The notes under the pieces: model-generated
Databases searched by the model: none
What the model saw: only the letters and a program-made list of their open reading frames with translations
Told to the model about the DNA's origin: nothing
Source: the human T2T-CHM13v2.0 reference genome, Homo sapiens
Assembly: GCF_009914755.1 (NCBI RefSeq)
Contig: NC_060934.1
Direction: 5' to 3' (one strand)
Length of the DNA: 64,000 nucleotides
Program-made: the position numbers and the translations under genes
In this document: positions 63,431 to 64,000 of the stretch, in pieces
Layout of the letters: every line of letters begins with the position of its first letter
How positions within the stretch are numbered: position 1 is the first letter of the stretch

Positions 63431-64000
63431 GATAATTGTATATTCCTCAATTTTACTAAGAGTTGCTTGTGGTAATTTTGTCCACGGTTCTTTGCGGTTT
63501 TAGGATTATATCATCTGCAAATAGAGATTTTTTTAAAACCTCTTCCTGTATAATTTTCACTGTTAATCTTTTGATCTTGGTTCCTAAAATATCTCAAACA
63601 CAATGACTACTGCTCTTGGAAAAAATTATTGTCCATCATTGGAGATACTTTGTGAGGAGGGGAGGTGCTGGATAGAAGAAAGCTTTTCTTTATGGTCTTC
63701 CTTGATGAGTGTTTAGAAAAAGCTAATACAGCACTGAATGCTATTTCTTGACTATACCTAGGACACTGGGGGCACCTAATAATTGCTAAATACTGGTGAG
63801 ACAGATGTGTAGGTCTGCCCGTCCATCCACTTTTCCTTGTTTTGACCTGATTACATCCATTCTTTCTTTTTCTGATATATGATGGAGATGTCCAGTGGGG
63901 ACATTCCACATCATTGTAGTGATTGTTTCAGACAATGTTATGTGGTCTAAGCCAGGCCAGTATTTCTCAGTCTCAGAAGTTTTGCTGATGTTGATGAAAA

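Overview
Primate (most likely human) intergenic or deep-intronic DNA, dense in interspersed repeats: old L1M layers, L1PA/L1PB 3' ends, eight Alus, MaLR/ERVL solo LTRs, a full-length decayed Tigger1, and MIR/L2/CR1 relics. I find no credible protein-coding gene, RNA gene or CpG island. The long ORFs are transposon remnants or artefacts of simple repeats. The dominant feature is an ~8.7-kb AT-rich minisatellite (29652-38318). It is built mainly from a 42-bp unit containing a perfect 11-bp inverted repeat and ends in a block with seven SnaBI (TACGTA) sites. This matches my recollection of an expanded allele of the rare fragile site FRA10B (not verified by alignment). Both array edges carry fold-back inverted repeats, and the right edge also carries templated copies of left-flank DNA. 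Other oddities are a perfect spacer-less 84-bp palindrome (55465-55548), a ~150-bp flank copy captured inside Tigger1, a 17-bp twin-priming L1 inversion, a ~34-bp L1 remnant, and an Alu-associated deletion. I see no evidence of a new gene-encoded system. The most novel signal is structural, pointing to genome instability. Repeat subfamily names are from memory of consensus sequences, and boundaries of old repeats are approximate.
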